Position numbers and translations under genes: made by a program. Shown here in pieces: positions 1 to 10,732 of a stretch of DNA of 53,400 nucleotides (positions are counted from its first letter, which is position 1; each line of letters begins with the position of its first letter). This DNA is from Opitutales bacterium (lineage in GTDB: Bacteria; Verrucomicrobiota; Verrucomicrobiia; Opitutales; UBA953): NCBI GenBank assembly GCA_044378215.1, contig JBILXR010000001.1, positions 1-53,400 on the forward strand, read 5' to 3'. The notes beneath the pieces were generated by a model. The model saw nothing but the letters and a program-made list of their open reading frames with translations, ran no database searches and was not told the DNA's origin.

Positions 1-75
1 AAGGTCAGAGAAATGAACGCGCAGGGGATCGGCGAGAGCCGCCCAAGGACAGAATCCGGCTTATAGTGTATGGCT

Positions 76-113
76 CAAAAGACGGAGGGCCGAACGGAAA
101 CGTTCGGCCCTCC
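76..113 (-). terminator. Rho-independent terminator downstream of citrate synthase
   Basis: Perfect 13-bp stem GGAGGGCCGAACG (84-96) / CGTTCGGCCCTCC (101-113) with a GAAA loop. On the minus strand it is followed by GTCTTTTG. It lies about 25 nt after the gltA stop. Confidence 0.7.
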
Positions 114-137
114 CCCTTTGCGGACTATCCAGGTCGC

Positions 138-1469
<1,332 letters not shown>

Positions 1470-1475
1470 TACCCT

Positions 1476-2120
1476 TCAGCGGACGGACAAGGTCAGGAAA
1501 TTGCGGTAGAGTTGCAAGCCTTTGACCTGACTTTTCTCCGGATGGAACTGGGTCGCGAAGACCCGTCCGCGACGGACTCCGCTCACGAAACGGCCCGCAT
1601 AATCGGTCTCGCACCAGACCAGGGAGGGGTCGGTCTCGACCACCCGGTAACTATGGACAAAATAGAAGGGCTCCCCTTCCGCTCGCAGGCCCTGGGTCAA
1701 CGGGGCGCCGGGCTTGAAGATGGCTTCGTTCCAACCCATGTGGGGAATCCGCAGGCCGGGCTGGGAGGGGAAACGGCGGACGACACCCGGGAATACGCCC
1801 AGGCCGGGACGGTCAGCTTCCTCGGAACGCTCGAACAGGACCTGCAGACCCATGCAGACCCCGAGGAACGGGCGGTCGGCGGCGATCCATTGTTTCAGGA
1901 AGGATTCGAAGTCGTTTCGACGGATGCAGTCCATGCAGTCCGCCATGGCGCCCTGCCCCGGGAACACGACCAGCTCGGCCTGCTCGGCCTCGGCCGGCGT
2001 CGCGGCCAGGAACGCATCGGCACCGGCGGCGACCATGGCGCGGCTGACGCTGCGGAGGTTGCCCATCCCGTAATCGATGACGGCCACCCGCGGGCGGCGC
2101 GCTGTCCCGGAGGCTTCCAC
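1476..2120 (-). CDS. hisH: Imidazole glycerol phosphate synthase, glutamine amidotransferase subunit
   Basis: N-terminal VAVIDYGMGNLRSV, GVCMGLQ nucleophile elbow and FHPEKS motif. Sits in a his gene context. Confidence 0.95.
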   Translation of the reverse strand: MEASGTARRPRVAVIDYGMGNLRSVSRAMVAAGADAFLAATPAEAEQAELVVFPGQGAMADCMDCIRRNDFESFLKQWIAADRPFLGVCMGLQVLFERSEEADRPGLGVFPGVVRRFPSQPGLRIPHMGWNEAIFKPGAPLTQGLRAEGEPFYFVHSYRVVETDPSLVWCETDYAGRFVSGVRRGRVFATQFHPEKSQVKGLQLYRNFLTLSVR

Positions 2121-2122
2121 GG

Positions 2123-2725
2123 TCAGGCCAGCGTACCCTTGGTGCTCGGCACGCGGCCACCCTGGCGCGGGTCGACTTCGAGCGCCTCACGCAAAGCGCG
2201 GGCGAAGGCCTTGAACAGGGCTTCGGCGATGTGGTGCGGCTCGTCGCCATACTCGAGCTTCAGGTGCAGGTTGCAGCCGAGCGAGTTGGCGAGGCCTTGG
2301 AAGAACTCACGGACGAGCGCGATGTTGAAGTCCTTCACCATGTAGTTGGTGATCTCGACCTGGTAGACCATCATCGGACGATTGCTGAGGTCGACGGCGC
2401 AGCGGGCCAGGGTCTCGTCCATCGGCAGGATGAAGAACCCATAGCGACGGATGCCGGCCTTGTCGCCGAGCGCTTCCTTGATGGCCTGTCCGAGGACGAT
2501 GCCGACGTCCTCCACGGTGTGGTGGTAGTCGACGTCGGTGTCGCCGGTCGCCTTGACCTTGAGGTCGACGAACGAGTGACGGGAAAAGAGCGTCAGCATG
2601 TGGTCGAAGAAGGCCACACCGGTGGCGATTTCCGACGTCCCGGTGCCGTCTAGGTTCACCTCGAGGGCGATCTTGGTCTCGGCGGTATCCCGGCGGAGGC
2701 TGGCTTTACGGACGGCTGCGCTCAT
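2123..2725 (-). CDS. hisB: Imidazoleglycerol-phosphate dehydratase
   Basis: [24 protein letters not shown] and HHIAEA motifs typical of IGPD. Lies 2 nt upstream of hisH. Confidence 0.95.
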   Translation of the reverse strand: MSAAVRKASLRRDTAETKIALEVNLDGTGTSEIATGVAFFDHMLTLFSRHSFVDLKVKATGDTDVDYHHTVEDVGIVLGQAIKEALGDKAGIRRYGFFILPMDETLARCAVDLSNRPMMVYQVEITNYMVKDFNIALVREFFQGLANSLGCNLHLKLEYGDEPHHIAEALFKAFARALREALEVDPRQGGRVPSTKGTLA

Positions 2726-2762
2726 CCCTCAGAAATCCCCGCGGAAGGCAGGATTGTCAACC

Positions 2763-3857
2763 TCACCCTTCCATCCAGACCGCCAGGGCCTGCAGGAAGA
2801 CGTCGGTTTCCTGTTCCGTGCCCACGGAGATGCGCAGGGACTTCTCGGTGAGGCGATGGTTCGGGAAACGGCGGACGAGGATCTTCCGGGCACGGAGGAA
2901 CTCGAAACAATGGGCGGCGGTCTCGACCGAGGCCGGACGCTTCGTCGAGACGGGCGCGGCGAGCACGAAGTTACCGGCGGCGGGATTCACCTGCCAGCCG
3001 GACTTGCGGAGCGCGGCGACGAGGCGGTCGCGCGTCGCGCGCACCTGGGCGACGGTCACGTCGAGCCACTCGCGGTCGTCAAGCGCGGCCGCGGCGGCGA
3101 CTTGGGCGAGGCGGTCGACGTTGTAGCTGTCGCGGACGCGGTGGAGCACCTCGGCGACCGCGGGTGGACAGAGTGCGTAACCGACGCGCAGCCCGGCGAG
3201 AGCATGAGCCTTGGACATCGTACGGGTGACGACGACGTTGGGAAACTCCCGCACGAGCGCGACGCAGTCGGCGTCGGCGAAAGCGGCGTAGGCTTCGTCG
3301 ACGACGAGCAGGCCGGGGAAAGCCCTGGCGAGCGAGCGGACGACGTCCGTCGCGAAGGCCACGCCGAGCGGGGCGTTCGGATTGGTGAGGAAGAAGATCG
3401 CGGCGCCGCACTGGGCGACGGAGTCGACGTCGACGCCCAAGTCATCCGTGACCTCGACCTTGACGACTTCGGCATGCTGGGCGGCCGCGAGCACGGGATA
3501 GAGCGAGTAGCTCGGATTGAGCATGCCGATCGGGCGACCGGGACCGGCGTAGGCGCGGATCAGGAGGTTGAGGATGTCATCGGAACCATTGCCCGCGACG
3601 ACGTTCGCCGCCTCGAAACCATGGAAGCGCGCGACGGCCTCGCGCAGGGGCGCGGAATCCGGCGACGGATAGAGGCGCAGCGCGGCGCCTTCGTTGACCA
3701 AAGCGACGCGGATGGCCTCGAGCGAGCGCAGGCTCGGCGGATAAGGGTTCTCGTTGGTGTTGAGCTTGACCCATCCCCCGCCCTGCGGCTGCTCGCCGGG
3801 GACATAGGGAGACATGGCCGCGACATGCGCGTTCGCGGCGGGAAGACGGGAAGACAT
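2763..3857 (-). CDS. hisC: Histidinol-phosphate aminotransferase
   Basis: Class II aminotransferase with KLNTNENPYPP and TMSKAHALAGLRVGY (PLP lysine). The start shares 1 nt with the ptsI stop. Confidence 0.93.
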   Translation of the reverse strand: MSSRLPAANAHVAAMSPYVPGEQPQGGGWVKLNTNENPYPPSLRSLEAIRVALVNEGAALRLYPSPDSAPLREAVARFHGFEAANVVAGNGSDDILNLLIRAYAGPGRPIGMLNPSYSLYPVLAAAQHAEVVKVEVTDDLGVDVDSVAQCGAAIFFLTNPNAPLGVAFATDVVRSLARAFPGLLVVDEAYAAFADADCVALVREFPNVVVTRTMSKAHALAGLRVGYALCPPAVAEVLHRVRDSYNVDRLAQVAAAAALDDREWLDVTVAQVRATRDRLVAALRKSGWQVNPAAGNFVLAAPVSTKRPASVETAAHCFEFLRARKILVRRFPNHRLTEKSLRISVGTEQETDVFLQALAVWMEG

Positions 3858-5617
3858 CAGCGTAACTTAAGCTTAGCGACGGCGAATTCCTGCAGCAGCG
3901 CACGCGTCCGGGCCGCGTCATCGCAGGCGACGACCTGGGCGGCGAGCTCTCGGAGTTCGGCGGCGGTGGAATGACGGAGGACGAAGCGGACTTCGGGCAA
4001 GGCGGCGGGGCTCATGCTGAGCTCGTGAACGCCGAGACCGATGAGCAAGGGCGCCCACAGCGGATCGCCGCCCAGTTCGCCGCAGACGGCGGCGGGGATC
4101 CCGGCCTTCTGCGCGGCGGCGAAGATCGCTAGGAGCGTGCGCACGACGGCGGGATGGCAAGGATCGTAGAGCGAGGCGACGCGCTGGTTGCCGCGGTCGA
4201 CGGCGAGCAGGTACTGGACGAGGTCGTTGGTGCCGACGCTGAAGAAATCCGCTTCGGCGGCGAGGCTGTCGGCGACCAGCACGGCCGAGGGGATCTCGAT
4301 CATCGCGCCGAGCCGGATCGCCTCGACGGGGCGCAAGCCTTCGCGGGCGAGCTCGGCCTCGACGTCACGGAAGACGGCCTTGGCGCGGCGCAGCTCCTCG
4401 ACGCCGGAGATCATCGGGAACATCACCTGCACCGGACCGAGCGCGGCGGCGCGGACGAGCGCGCGGAGCTGCGGACGGAAGACGTCGGGTCGCTCGAGGC
4501 ACATGCGCACGGCGCGGTAGCCCATGAAGGGATTGGCCTCGTCGGCGAGATCGCCCAGCCGCTTGTCGCCGCCGATGTCGAGGGTACGGAAGGTCACCGG
4601 CCGGCCCTTCGCGAGACGCACGGCTTCGGCATATTCCTCATACTGCACGTATTCGTCGGGCCAGCCGTCGAGGCGCAGATAAAGGTTCTCGGTACGATAG
4701 AGGCCGATGCCGCGGGCGCAGTAGGCGAGCGCGTCTTCCATCTCGGCCGGATCGCCGATGTTGGCGAGCAGGCTGAAGGCCGCGCCATCCGCGGTCAGGT
4801 CCGGGAAAGAGACTTCCGCGCGGACGCGGTCGCGACGCTGGCGGATCGCCTGCTCCTTGTCGCGGTACCCTTCGATGGTCTCGGGCGTCGGATTGAGGAT
4901 GACGAGCCCGGTCTCGCCGTCGACGAGGATGACGTCGTCTTCGCGCACGGCTTCCATGAGTCCCTTGACGCCGACGACCGCGGGGACGTCGAGCGAACGG
5001 GCCATGATCGCGGAGTGGCTGGTGCGCCCGCCTTCTTCCGTCACGAACGCCAGGACGCCGCCGTCGTGCAGGCCGGCGGTGTCGGAAGGCGTGAGGTCGC
5101 GCGCGGCGACGACGTGTTCCAGGGCCGCCTGGCCGACGCGTTCGGGTTGGGTGCCGAGCAGCTGGTCGAGCACGCGCCCGGTGACGTCACGGATGTCCGA
5201 GGCCCGCTCCCGCAGGAAGTCGTCATCCATCTTCTCGAAGATCTCGATGTAACGTTGGGCGACCTCCTGGAAGCAGAACTCGACGTTGAAGCCGGTGCTC
5301 CGCACCTCGCGGCTGACGTCATCGATGAGCGCGACGTCCTCGAGCACGAGCAGGTGGGCGTCGAAGATGGAGGCTTCGGATTCGTTCAGCTTACGGGCGA
5401 CGTCGTCGCGGAGCTGCGCGATCTCCAACCGGGTCGCCGCCAAGGCGCCCTCCAGCCGACGGATCTCAGCGTCCGGGTCGGCGACCTTCTCGCAGGCGAC
5501 GATGGCCATGCCCCGCATCAGCGGGTAGGCGGGACCACGGGCGACGCCAGGGGCGGCGGCGATGCCTTTGAGGCGAACCTCGGGCCTGGATTCTGCTGCC
5601 TTCATCCGTGCATCCAT
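3857..5617 (-). CDS. ptsI: Phosphoenolpyruvate-protein phosphotransferase (PTS enzyme I)
   Basis: 586 aa with the GGRTSHSAIMARSL phospho-histidine motif and a C-terminal PEP-utilising TIM-barrel region (FFSVGTNDLVQY). Confidence 0.92.
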   Translation of the reverse strand: MDARMKAAESRPEVRLKGIAAAPGVARGPAYPLMRGMAIVACEKVADPDAEIRRLEGALAATRLEIAQLRDDVARKLNESEASIFDAHLLVLEDVALIDDVSREVRSTGFNVEFCFQEVAQRYIEIFEKMDDDFLRERASDIRDVTGRVLDQLLGTQPERVGQAALEHVVAARDLTPSDTAGLHDGGVLAFVTEEGGRTSHSAIMARSLDVPAVVGVKGLMEAVREDDVILVDGETGLVILNPTPETIEGYRDKEQAIRQRRDRVRAEVSFPDLTADGAAFSLLANIGDPAEMEDALAYCARGIGLYRTENLYLRLDGWPDEYVQYEEYAEAVRLAKGRPVTFRTLDIGGDKRLGDLADEANPFMGYRAVRMCLERPDVFRPQLRALVRAAALGPVQVMFPMISGVEELRRAKAVFRDVEAELAREGLRPVEAIRLGAMIEIPSAVLVADSLAAEADFFSVGTNDLVQYLLAVDRGNQRVASLYDPCHPAVVRTLLAIFAAAQKAGIPAAVCGELGGDPLWAPLLIGLGVHELSMSPAALPEVRFVLRHSTAAELRELAAQVVACDDAARTRALLQEFAVAKLKLR

Positions 5618-5658
5618 TGACGCCCGGGAGTGGTGGGAAGCAAGGCAGGATATCAGCC

Positions 5659-6168
5659 TCAGACCTCGATGGCGACGGGATCGTCGGACGGCATGACCAT
5701 CTCCGGCGCGACCAGGACCGGCATCGTGAGCTCAGGGACTTCGACGGCCTGCGAAAGGTCGGCTTCCTGGGCGACATCCGTGATCAGTCGCACTGGCATA
5801 TCCGCGGAACCAAGGACCGGTTCCTCGGCGGGCACCTGTTCTTCGACGTAGGAGAGCAGGCCGGAGTATTCGGCGGGAATCGTGACCTGCAGCTCGACGA
5901 AGACCAGGGCGAGCAGGCAGAGATGGGCGAAAGAGCGGCCCATGCGCTGACCATAGCCGTGCAGCCAGGACATCGCTCCGGCCGATGAACGCTCTTCGCG
6001 ATGGCTCAGGCAGGCGAGCTGGGCCTGATGCAGGCGGGCGCAGGCCTGGAAGCGGGCGCGCAAGGCCGGCGAGGCGCTCAACGCGGCGCGCAGACGGGTG
6101 ACCTGGTCGGCGGAGGCGCTCCCCTCTAGGAAAAGGGCGACGAGAGATTCGAATTCGGCGGCGCTCAT
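5659..6168 (-). CDS. Putative anti-sigma factor (single-pass membrane protein)
   Basis: The internal ATG at 6168 forms an ATGA overlap with the sigma-factor stop (6165-6167). 169 aa with an N-terminal helical region and one hydrophobic segment (FAHLCLLALVFVELQV). The call rests on position and architecture, not on a recognised motif. Confidence 0.5.
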   Translation of the reverse strand: MSAAEFESLVALFLEGSASADQVTRLRAALSASPALRARFQACARLHQAQLACLSHREERSSAGAMSWLHGYGQRMGRSFAHLCLLALVFVELQVTIPAEYSGLLSYVEEQVPAEEPVLGSADMPVRLITDVAQEADLSQAVEVPELTMPVLVAPEMVMPSDDPVAIEV

Positions 6169-6755
6169 CCGCGGAACTCCTCTCCCATGAGTTCGCGCAG
6201 GGCTTCGCGGGCGCGGTTGATGCGGCTCTTGACCGTGCCGATGGAGAGCCCGAGGTCTTCGGCGATCTCTTCGTACGACATATTGCGGACATTGCGCATC
6301 GTCAGGATACGAGCGTGTTCCGGCTTCAATTGTTCCATGCACTCGGCCACTTTGTGGACGAATTCGTTATGCTGGGCCTCGTGGCCGGGCCCCTGGGCGC
6401 CGTCCGAAAGGATATCGTGCAGGGTGGCGCCGGGATCGTCGCCGAGGTCGGCGTCGAGCGACATGGACTGGTCCCGCTTGCGGCGGCGCCAGTACCAGTA
6501 GCGGTTCCGAGCGAGATTCGTGCCGATCTGGTGGATCCAGGTCGAAAAAGTGGCGGTTCCGCGGAAAGAGGCCAGCACCCGGTGGGCCCGGATGAAGGTG
6601 TCCTGGGTGATTTCCTCGGCGTCCTGGCGGTTACGGAGCAAGGAGAAGACTTTAGCGAAGATCCGACCCTGATACTTCAGGACCAACTCGTTGTAAGCCG
6701 ACAGGTCCCCCTGACGGGCGCGGTCCAAGGCGGACTGGTCGGCTTCGGTCTCCAT
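6165..6755 (-). CDS. ECF-type RNA polymerase sigma factor (sigma-70 group 4)
   Basis: Region 2 (DAEEITQDTFIRA...FSTWIHQIGTNLARN) and region 4 (RNMSYEEIAEDLGLSIGTVKSRINRAR) are recognisable. Confidence 0.9.
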   Translation of the reverse strand: METEADQSALDRARQGDLSAYNELVLKYQGRIFAKVFSLLRNRQDAEEITQDTFIRAHRVLASFRGTATFSTWIHQIGTNLARNRYWYWRRRKRDQSMSLDADLGDDPGATLHDILSDGAQGPGHEAQHNEFVHKVAECMEQLKPEHARILTMRNVRNMSYEEIAEDLGLSIGTVKSRINRAREALRELMGEEFRG

Positions 6756-6872
6756 AGGGGTACGATTACTTTAGGGGAAAACAGGCCTGAGTCGACCCAT
6801 AATCGTGATGACATATCTTTACAATTACCCCTCGCTAATCAACCTCTTTAAAACCCCGACTTTCAGGAGCCG

Positions 6873-8600
6873 ATGTTCACGACCCGCAAGAAAACCCCTG
6901 CCCTCTCCTGGGTCAATTGCCTCAGCGGCGAAAAAGGCTCCACCGCCGACCTCCCGTCTTCGCTTCCCGGCGACTCCCCCCACCCCGCCCTGAACCTGGT
7001 CCCGGCCGGAGAACTCGTGGCACTCGAGGCTTCGGGCGAAGGCGTCGCCTTGGTCAACGGCTCGCCGCTGAACCAGCGGCTGGCCGTGACCGAACCCACG
7101 ACGGTCCAGCTACCGTCGGCCCTGCTCGTCGTCGCCCCCCGCACCCAGGAAGACTTTGCGTTCATCCGGACCGACCTCTGGGTCCTGTTCGACGCGCGCA
7201 CCGGCGATCAGCTCGGCGAATTCCCGGCGACGGGACTCCTCGACGCCGCCGGTCGCTCCGGCCTGCCGCCCGACGCCCTCGCCTGCACGCCGGTCGGCCT
7301 GGAGGTCGGCTTCAACCTCGCGCAGATCGCCCCCCTGCTCGCTCCGCCCGAAGAGCCGGTCGTCCGCCGCGAGAGCCAGGCGTTGCTCGCCGCCGAACAG
7401 AACCGCGGCGCGCACGTCTGCCCGGTCTGCTGGACGCGCTTCGACGCCGGCGACGCGCTGAGCATCGCGGTGCATGAGAAGCTGCGCGGCGACCCGATCC
7501 TCGGCTCCGACGCACGCCTGCGCTTCCAGCCCACGCGCTTCAATGATCAAGGACTCGCCCTCGACCCGATGGGCCTGGCCTGCACCGACATCGCCTGCCC
7601 GCACTGCCGCCGGCAGCTCCCGCCTGGTTACCTCGAACGCCCCCACCGCATCATCTCGCTCATCGGCGCCCCCAGCGCCGGCAAGTCCTACTATCTCGCC
7701 GTGCTCACCCGAGTGCTCCAGGACCGCCTGCCGGAGGACTTCTCGCTCGCCTTCAAGGACGGCGACCCGAGCGGTAACATGCTGCTCAACCAGATGCGCA
7801 GCACTCTGTTCTCGGCCGCGACGCCGGAAGACGCGCTGCTCGGCAAGACGGCCCTCGAAGGCGCCACGTACGAGAAGCTCCCGCGCCTCGGCCGAATGGT
7901 CTCCCTGCCCCGTCCGTTCATCTACACGCTCAGCCTCCCCGGGCAACCGGCCTTGGACACCTCGGTCATCCTGTACGACAACGCCGGCGAGCACTTCGAA
8001 CCCGGCATCGACATCCATGACTCGCCTGGCGCGATGCACGTAGCGACTTCGAGCGGGCTGATCTTCCTCTTCGATCCGACCGCCAACGCGCGCTTCAAGG
8101 CCAGGCTCGTCGGCGTCGACGATCCGCAGCTCTCCCTCAAGGGACGCGTCGATCAGCAGGACAGCATCCTCGCCGAGATGGAGACGCGCATGAAGCGCGT
8201 GCTCGGCCTGGCCCACGACCAGCGCATCGCGACGCCGCTCGCCTTCGTCGTCGGCAAGTCCGACACCTGGGAGAAGCTGCTCAGCTCGCCGCTCGAACCC
8301 GTCGTCAAGGCCGGCGTGCTCGACCTCGCCGCCGTCCGGCGTAACTCGGACCGCGTCCGCGAAGTCCTGCTGGCGCTCTGCCCTGGCCTCGTCTCCTCGG
8401 CCGAATCCCTGGCCGAGCAGATCTGCTTCTTCGCCGCCACTTCCTTCGGCCATACGCCGGTGATGATCGGATCCGGCCCGAACAAGGGACGTATCGCGCC
8501 GGATCCGCAGCGGCTCGCGCCAGCCCACGTGGAAGAACCCCTCTACTGGCTCTTGCATCTCTCCTCGCCGGCGATGTTCCCCTCGACCCCTACCTCCTGA
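6873..8600 (+). CDS. Zinc-ribbon-containing P-loop GTPase-like protein, first gene of the four-gene module
   Basis: AGGAG lies 4 nt upstream of the ATG. CPVC (7419-7430) and CPHC (7596-7607). Walker A GAPSAGKS (7665-7688). DNAG = DxxG (7977-7988). GKSD = [NT]KxD-like (8253-8264). Confidence 0.75.
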   Translation: MFTTRKKTPALSWVNCLSGEKGSTADLPSSLPGDSPHPALNLVPAGELVALEASGEGVALVNGSPLNQRLAVTEPTTVQLPSALLVVAPRTQEDFAFIRTDLWVLFDARTGDQLGEFPATGLLDAAGRSGLPPDALACTPVGLEVGFNLAQIAPLLAPPEEPVVRRESQALLAAEQNRGAHVCPVCWTRFDAGDALSIAVHEKLRGDPILGSDARLRFQPTRFNDQGLALDPMGLACTDIACPHCRRQLPPGYLERPHRIISLIGAPSAGKSYYLAVLTRVLQDRLPEDFSLAFKDGDPSGNMLLNQMRSTLFSAATPEDALLGKTALEGATYEKLPRLGRMVSLPRPFIYTLSLPGQPALDTSVILYDNAGEHFEPGIDIHDSPGAMHVATSSGLIFLFDPTANARFKARLVGVDDPQLSLKGRVDQQDSILAEMETRMKRVLGLAHDQRIATPLAFVVGKSDTWEKLLSSPLEPVVKAGVLDLAAVRRNSDRVREVLLALCPGLVSSAESLAEQICFFAATSFGHTPVMIGSGPNKGRIAPDPQRLAPAHVEEPLYWLLHLSSPAMFPSTPTS

Positions 8601-10729
8601 TGCCCCTCCAACTCGTCTTCACTTCCGCTCCGCAAGGCCTCACCCCGGGACGCTCGGGCTATTGCACCGTCGCCCGGCACCGCGCCGTGCCGGACCGCCT
8701 CGCCCAGCTGCTGGAATCTGTCGGGACTCCGCATGACCTGCCTCAGGGCGAGACGTTCACCTTCCGCACGCTCGACGCCGGCGACCGCCATTGGTTCGTA
8801 CTCTCCCGCTTCGTGGCCCGCGGCCTCGATTACACGCAGCGCGACAACCGTCTCGCCCATCACCTGATCTTCACCGCCGACGAGGCGGCGTTGCTCGCTC
8901 CGCCGGCCGCCCTGGCCGCCCGCTGGAAAGGCTGGCTCGCCGAATGGAACGGCGCCCCGGCCTGGCTCGAAGGCGAAGACCGCCCGCTGGCCCTCGAACC
9001 GGCCATCGCGCTTTCGCCCGCCCTTACCTGGCGCGAGATCACCGGTACCGGCGCCAAGGCCGCCTGGCTGATCGACGCGACCGGCGCGACCACGGTCGGC
9101 CTGCGCAACCCGCCCGCCAACGCGAAGCTGCTGCGTCTCTTCGCCGAATCTTCCGCTCTGATCGGCAAGGCCGCCTGGCATGCGACGTTCACCACCGACG
9201 CCCGGCTCACGGGCGAAGCAGGCTTCGTCTGGGCCGCCCACGCCGAGCGCCCCGCGGCGATCGACTTCGCCGCCGCCAGAGCGCAGCCGGCGCCGACCGG
9301 CGAACTCGCGCGCCAGGCCGCGGCCGGCCTGACTTCGCCGAAGACCACGCCGACCGCGGCCACGCACCGACCCGGCGCTGCGCCGACCGCGCCGCAAGCA
9401 GGCTCAGCCACGCCGTGGATCATCGGCGGAGTTCTCCTCATGGTCGCCGCCGGCCTGGCCTTCCTCTTCACGAATCGTACCGAGACGCCAGCGCCCGCAC
9501 CCGCGCCGGCGCCGGTCGTCGCCCCCGCGCCCTCCGCCGCCGACCTCGCTCAAACCGAGGAGATCCTGCGCGTGAACCAGGCGGTCAACGAGATTCTCGG
9601 CCTGCTCGAGTCCGGCGAAATGCTGCCGGCCGCGCGCCTATGGCTGGAGACTGATCGGCGCGACCCTCGTCGCCTGGGCAACTACAAGGAGCAGATCCTT
9701 CCGCGCATCCTGAACGGCTACTCCGCCGGCGCCGTCAAAGGGCTGCGTAATAAGATCGAACATCGCGACATCCTGGATGACCCCAAGGCCAGCCAGGCCG
9801 CCCACACCGAGGCCCTCGAAGCCCTCCGCGTCGGCAGACAGCTCGCCGTCCCGGAAGACGCGGCATGGAAGCAGCTGCTCGAGATCAAAGATCGCACCCT
9901 CCTCCTGCCCTCGCTCGACGTCCGGCCCACACTCGCCGTCCCGGGTCAGTGGCGCTTCTCCGACACCGGCCCGAAGTCTCCCACCGAAGCCGAGTTCCCC
10001 TTGTCGCGTTCCGCGGTGGACCAGCTGAACAAATGGGTCACCGAAGCCGGCGCTTCCGCGCGCTCCGCCGCGCAGATCCGCCTCCGCGTCCTGCCCTTGC
10101 TCTCACCCCATCAGCGCGACGACCGGACGCCTTACGTCAACGGTGAGATCCGTGTCAGCGGACCGACGACCTGGTTCGAATCGACGCCCGAACCGGGCAA
10201 GCTCGCCGCCATCGGCATCGGCCTCGGCCCCCGCCGTAACGTCGTGTCGCTCATCCTCTCCCCGACCGACGGCGCCCGCTCCGCCAACCTGCTCATCGAG
10301 ATCATCCTTCCCAAGGGCGATCGCCGCGTACTCGCCCTGATCGGCGACGCCGCGCTGCTCCGTCCGCTTGACCTCGGCGTCGGCGCCCTCCGTTTCGACG
10401 CGGACACGGGCGTCATTCGTCCTGCCCCATGGGCCGAGACCGCCGTCAACGCCTTCGTCTGGGCCCACGGCCAGGTCGGCCTCTATCCGTCCGGTCACGG
10501 CTTCCCGGACCGCGACCTGCCCTCCGTCCGCGCGACGCGCTCGCTGCTCGAGACCGACCTGCTCCGCCTCGACGGGAAGCAGGGCCCCGATGCCCCTCCG
10601 TATGAAGAAGTCGCCGCCCGCCGCAAAGCCTTCCGTGAGGGCAAGCTGATCGAAGCCGGCGCGCCCTGGGGAGTTCAGGCCGTCGACGCCGACGGGACCG
10701 CCGGCCCACGCCTCATCGAGTTCCGATGA
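8600..10729 (+). CDS. Single-pass membrane protein with GAP1-like (GTPase-associated protein 1) N-terminal domain
   Basis: The start overlaps the upstream stop (TGATG). The N-terminus MPLQLVFTSAPQGLTPGRSGY...RDNRLAHHLIF resembles, from memory, the GAP1-N signature. A TM helix WIIGGVLLMVAAGLAFLF (about 9416-9472) is flanked by Pro/Ala-rich linkers. A C-terminal region of about 400 aa follows. Confidence 0.6.
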   Translation: MPLQLVFTSAPQGLTPGRSGYCTVARHRAVPDRLAQLLESVGTPHDLPQGETFTFRTLDAGDRHWFVLSRFVARGLDYTQRDNRLAHHLIFTADEAALLAPPAALAARWKGWLAEWNGAPAWLEGEDRPLALEPAIALSPALTWREITGTGAKAAWLIDATGATTVGLRNPPANAKLLRLFAESSALIGKAAWHATFTTDARLTGEAGFVWAAHAERPAAIDFAAARAQPAPTGELARQAAAGLTSPKTTPTAATHRPGAAPTAPQAGSATPWIIGGVLLMVAAGLAFLFTNRTETPAPAPAPAPVVAPAPSAADLAQTEEILRVNQAVNEILGLLESGEMLPAARLWLETDRRDPRRLGNYKEQILPRILNGYSAGAVKGLRNKIEHRDILDDPKASQAAHTEALEALRVGRQLAVPEDAAWKQLLEIKDRTLLLPSLDVRPTLAVPGQWRFSDTGPKSPTEAEFPLSRSAVDQLNKWVTEAGASARSAAQIRLRVLPLLSPHQRDDRTPYVNGEIRVSGPTTWFESTPEPGKLAAIGIGLGPRRNVVSLILSPTDGARSANLLIEIILPKGDRRVLALIGDAALLRPLDLGVGALRFDADTGVIRPAPWAETAVNAFVWAHGQVGLYPSGHGFPDRDLPSVRATRSLLETDLLRLDGKQGPDAPPYEEVAARRKAFREGKLIEAGAPWGVQAVDADGTAGPRLIEFR

Positions 10730-10732
10730 TCC

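Noticed and set aside
91-106. CGAACGGAAACGTTCG as a possible LexA/SOS box near gltA.
   Set aside because: The spacing is GAAC-N6-GTTC rather than N4. The sequence is the apex of the terminator hairpin downstream of gltA, not in a promoter position.
6990-7140. Possible FHA-like domain in the N-terminal region of the GTPase (…VALVNGSPLNQRLAVTEPTTVQLPSALLVV…).
   Set aside because: Only the NG-containing strand looks FHA-like. The conserved GR and SxxH motifs are not present, so there is not enough evidence without a profile search.
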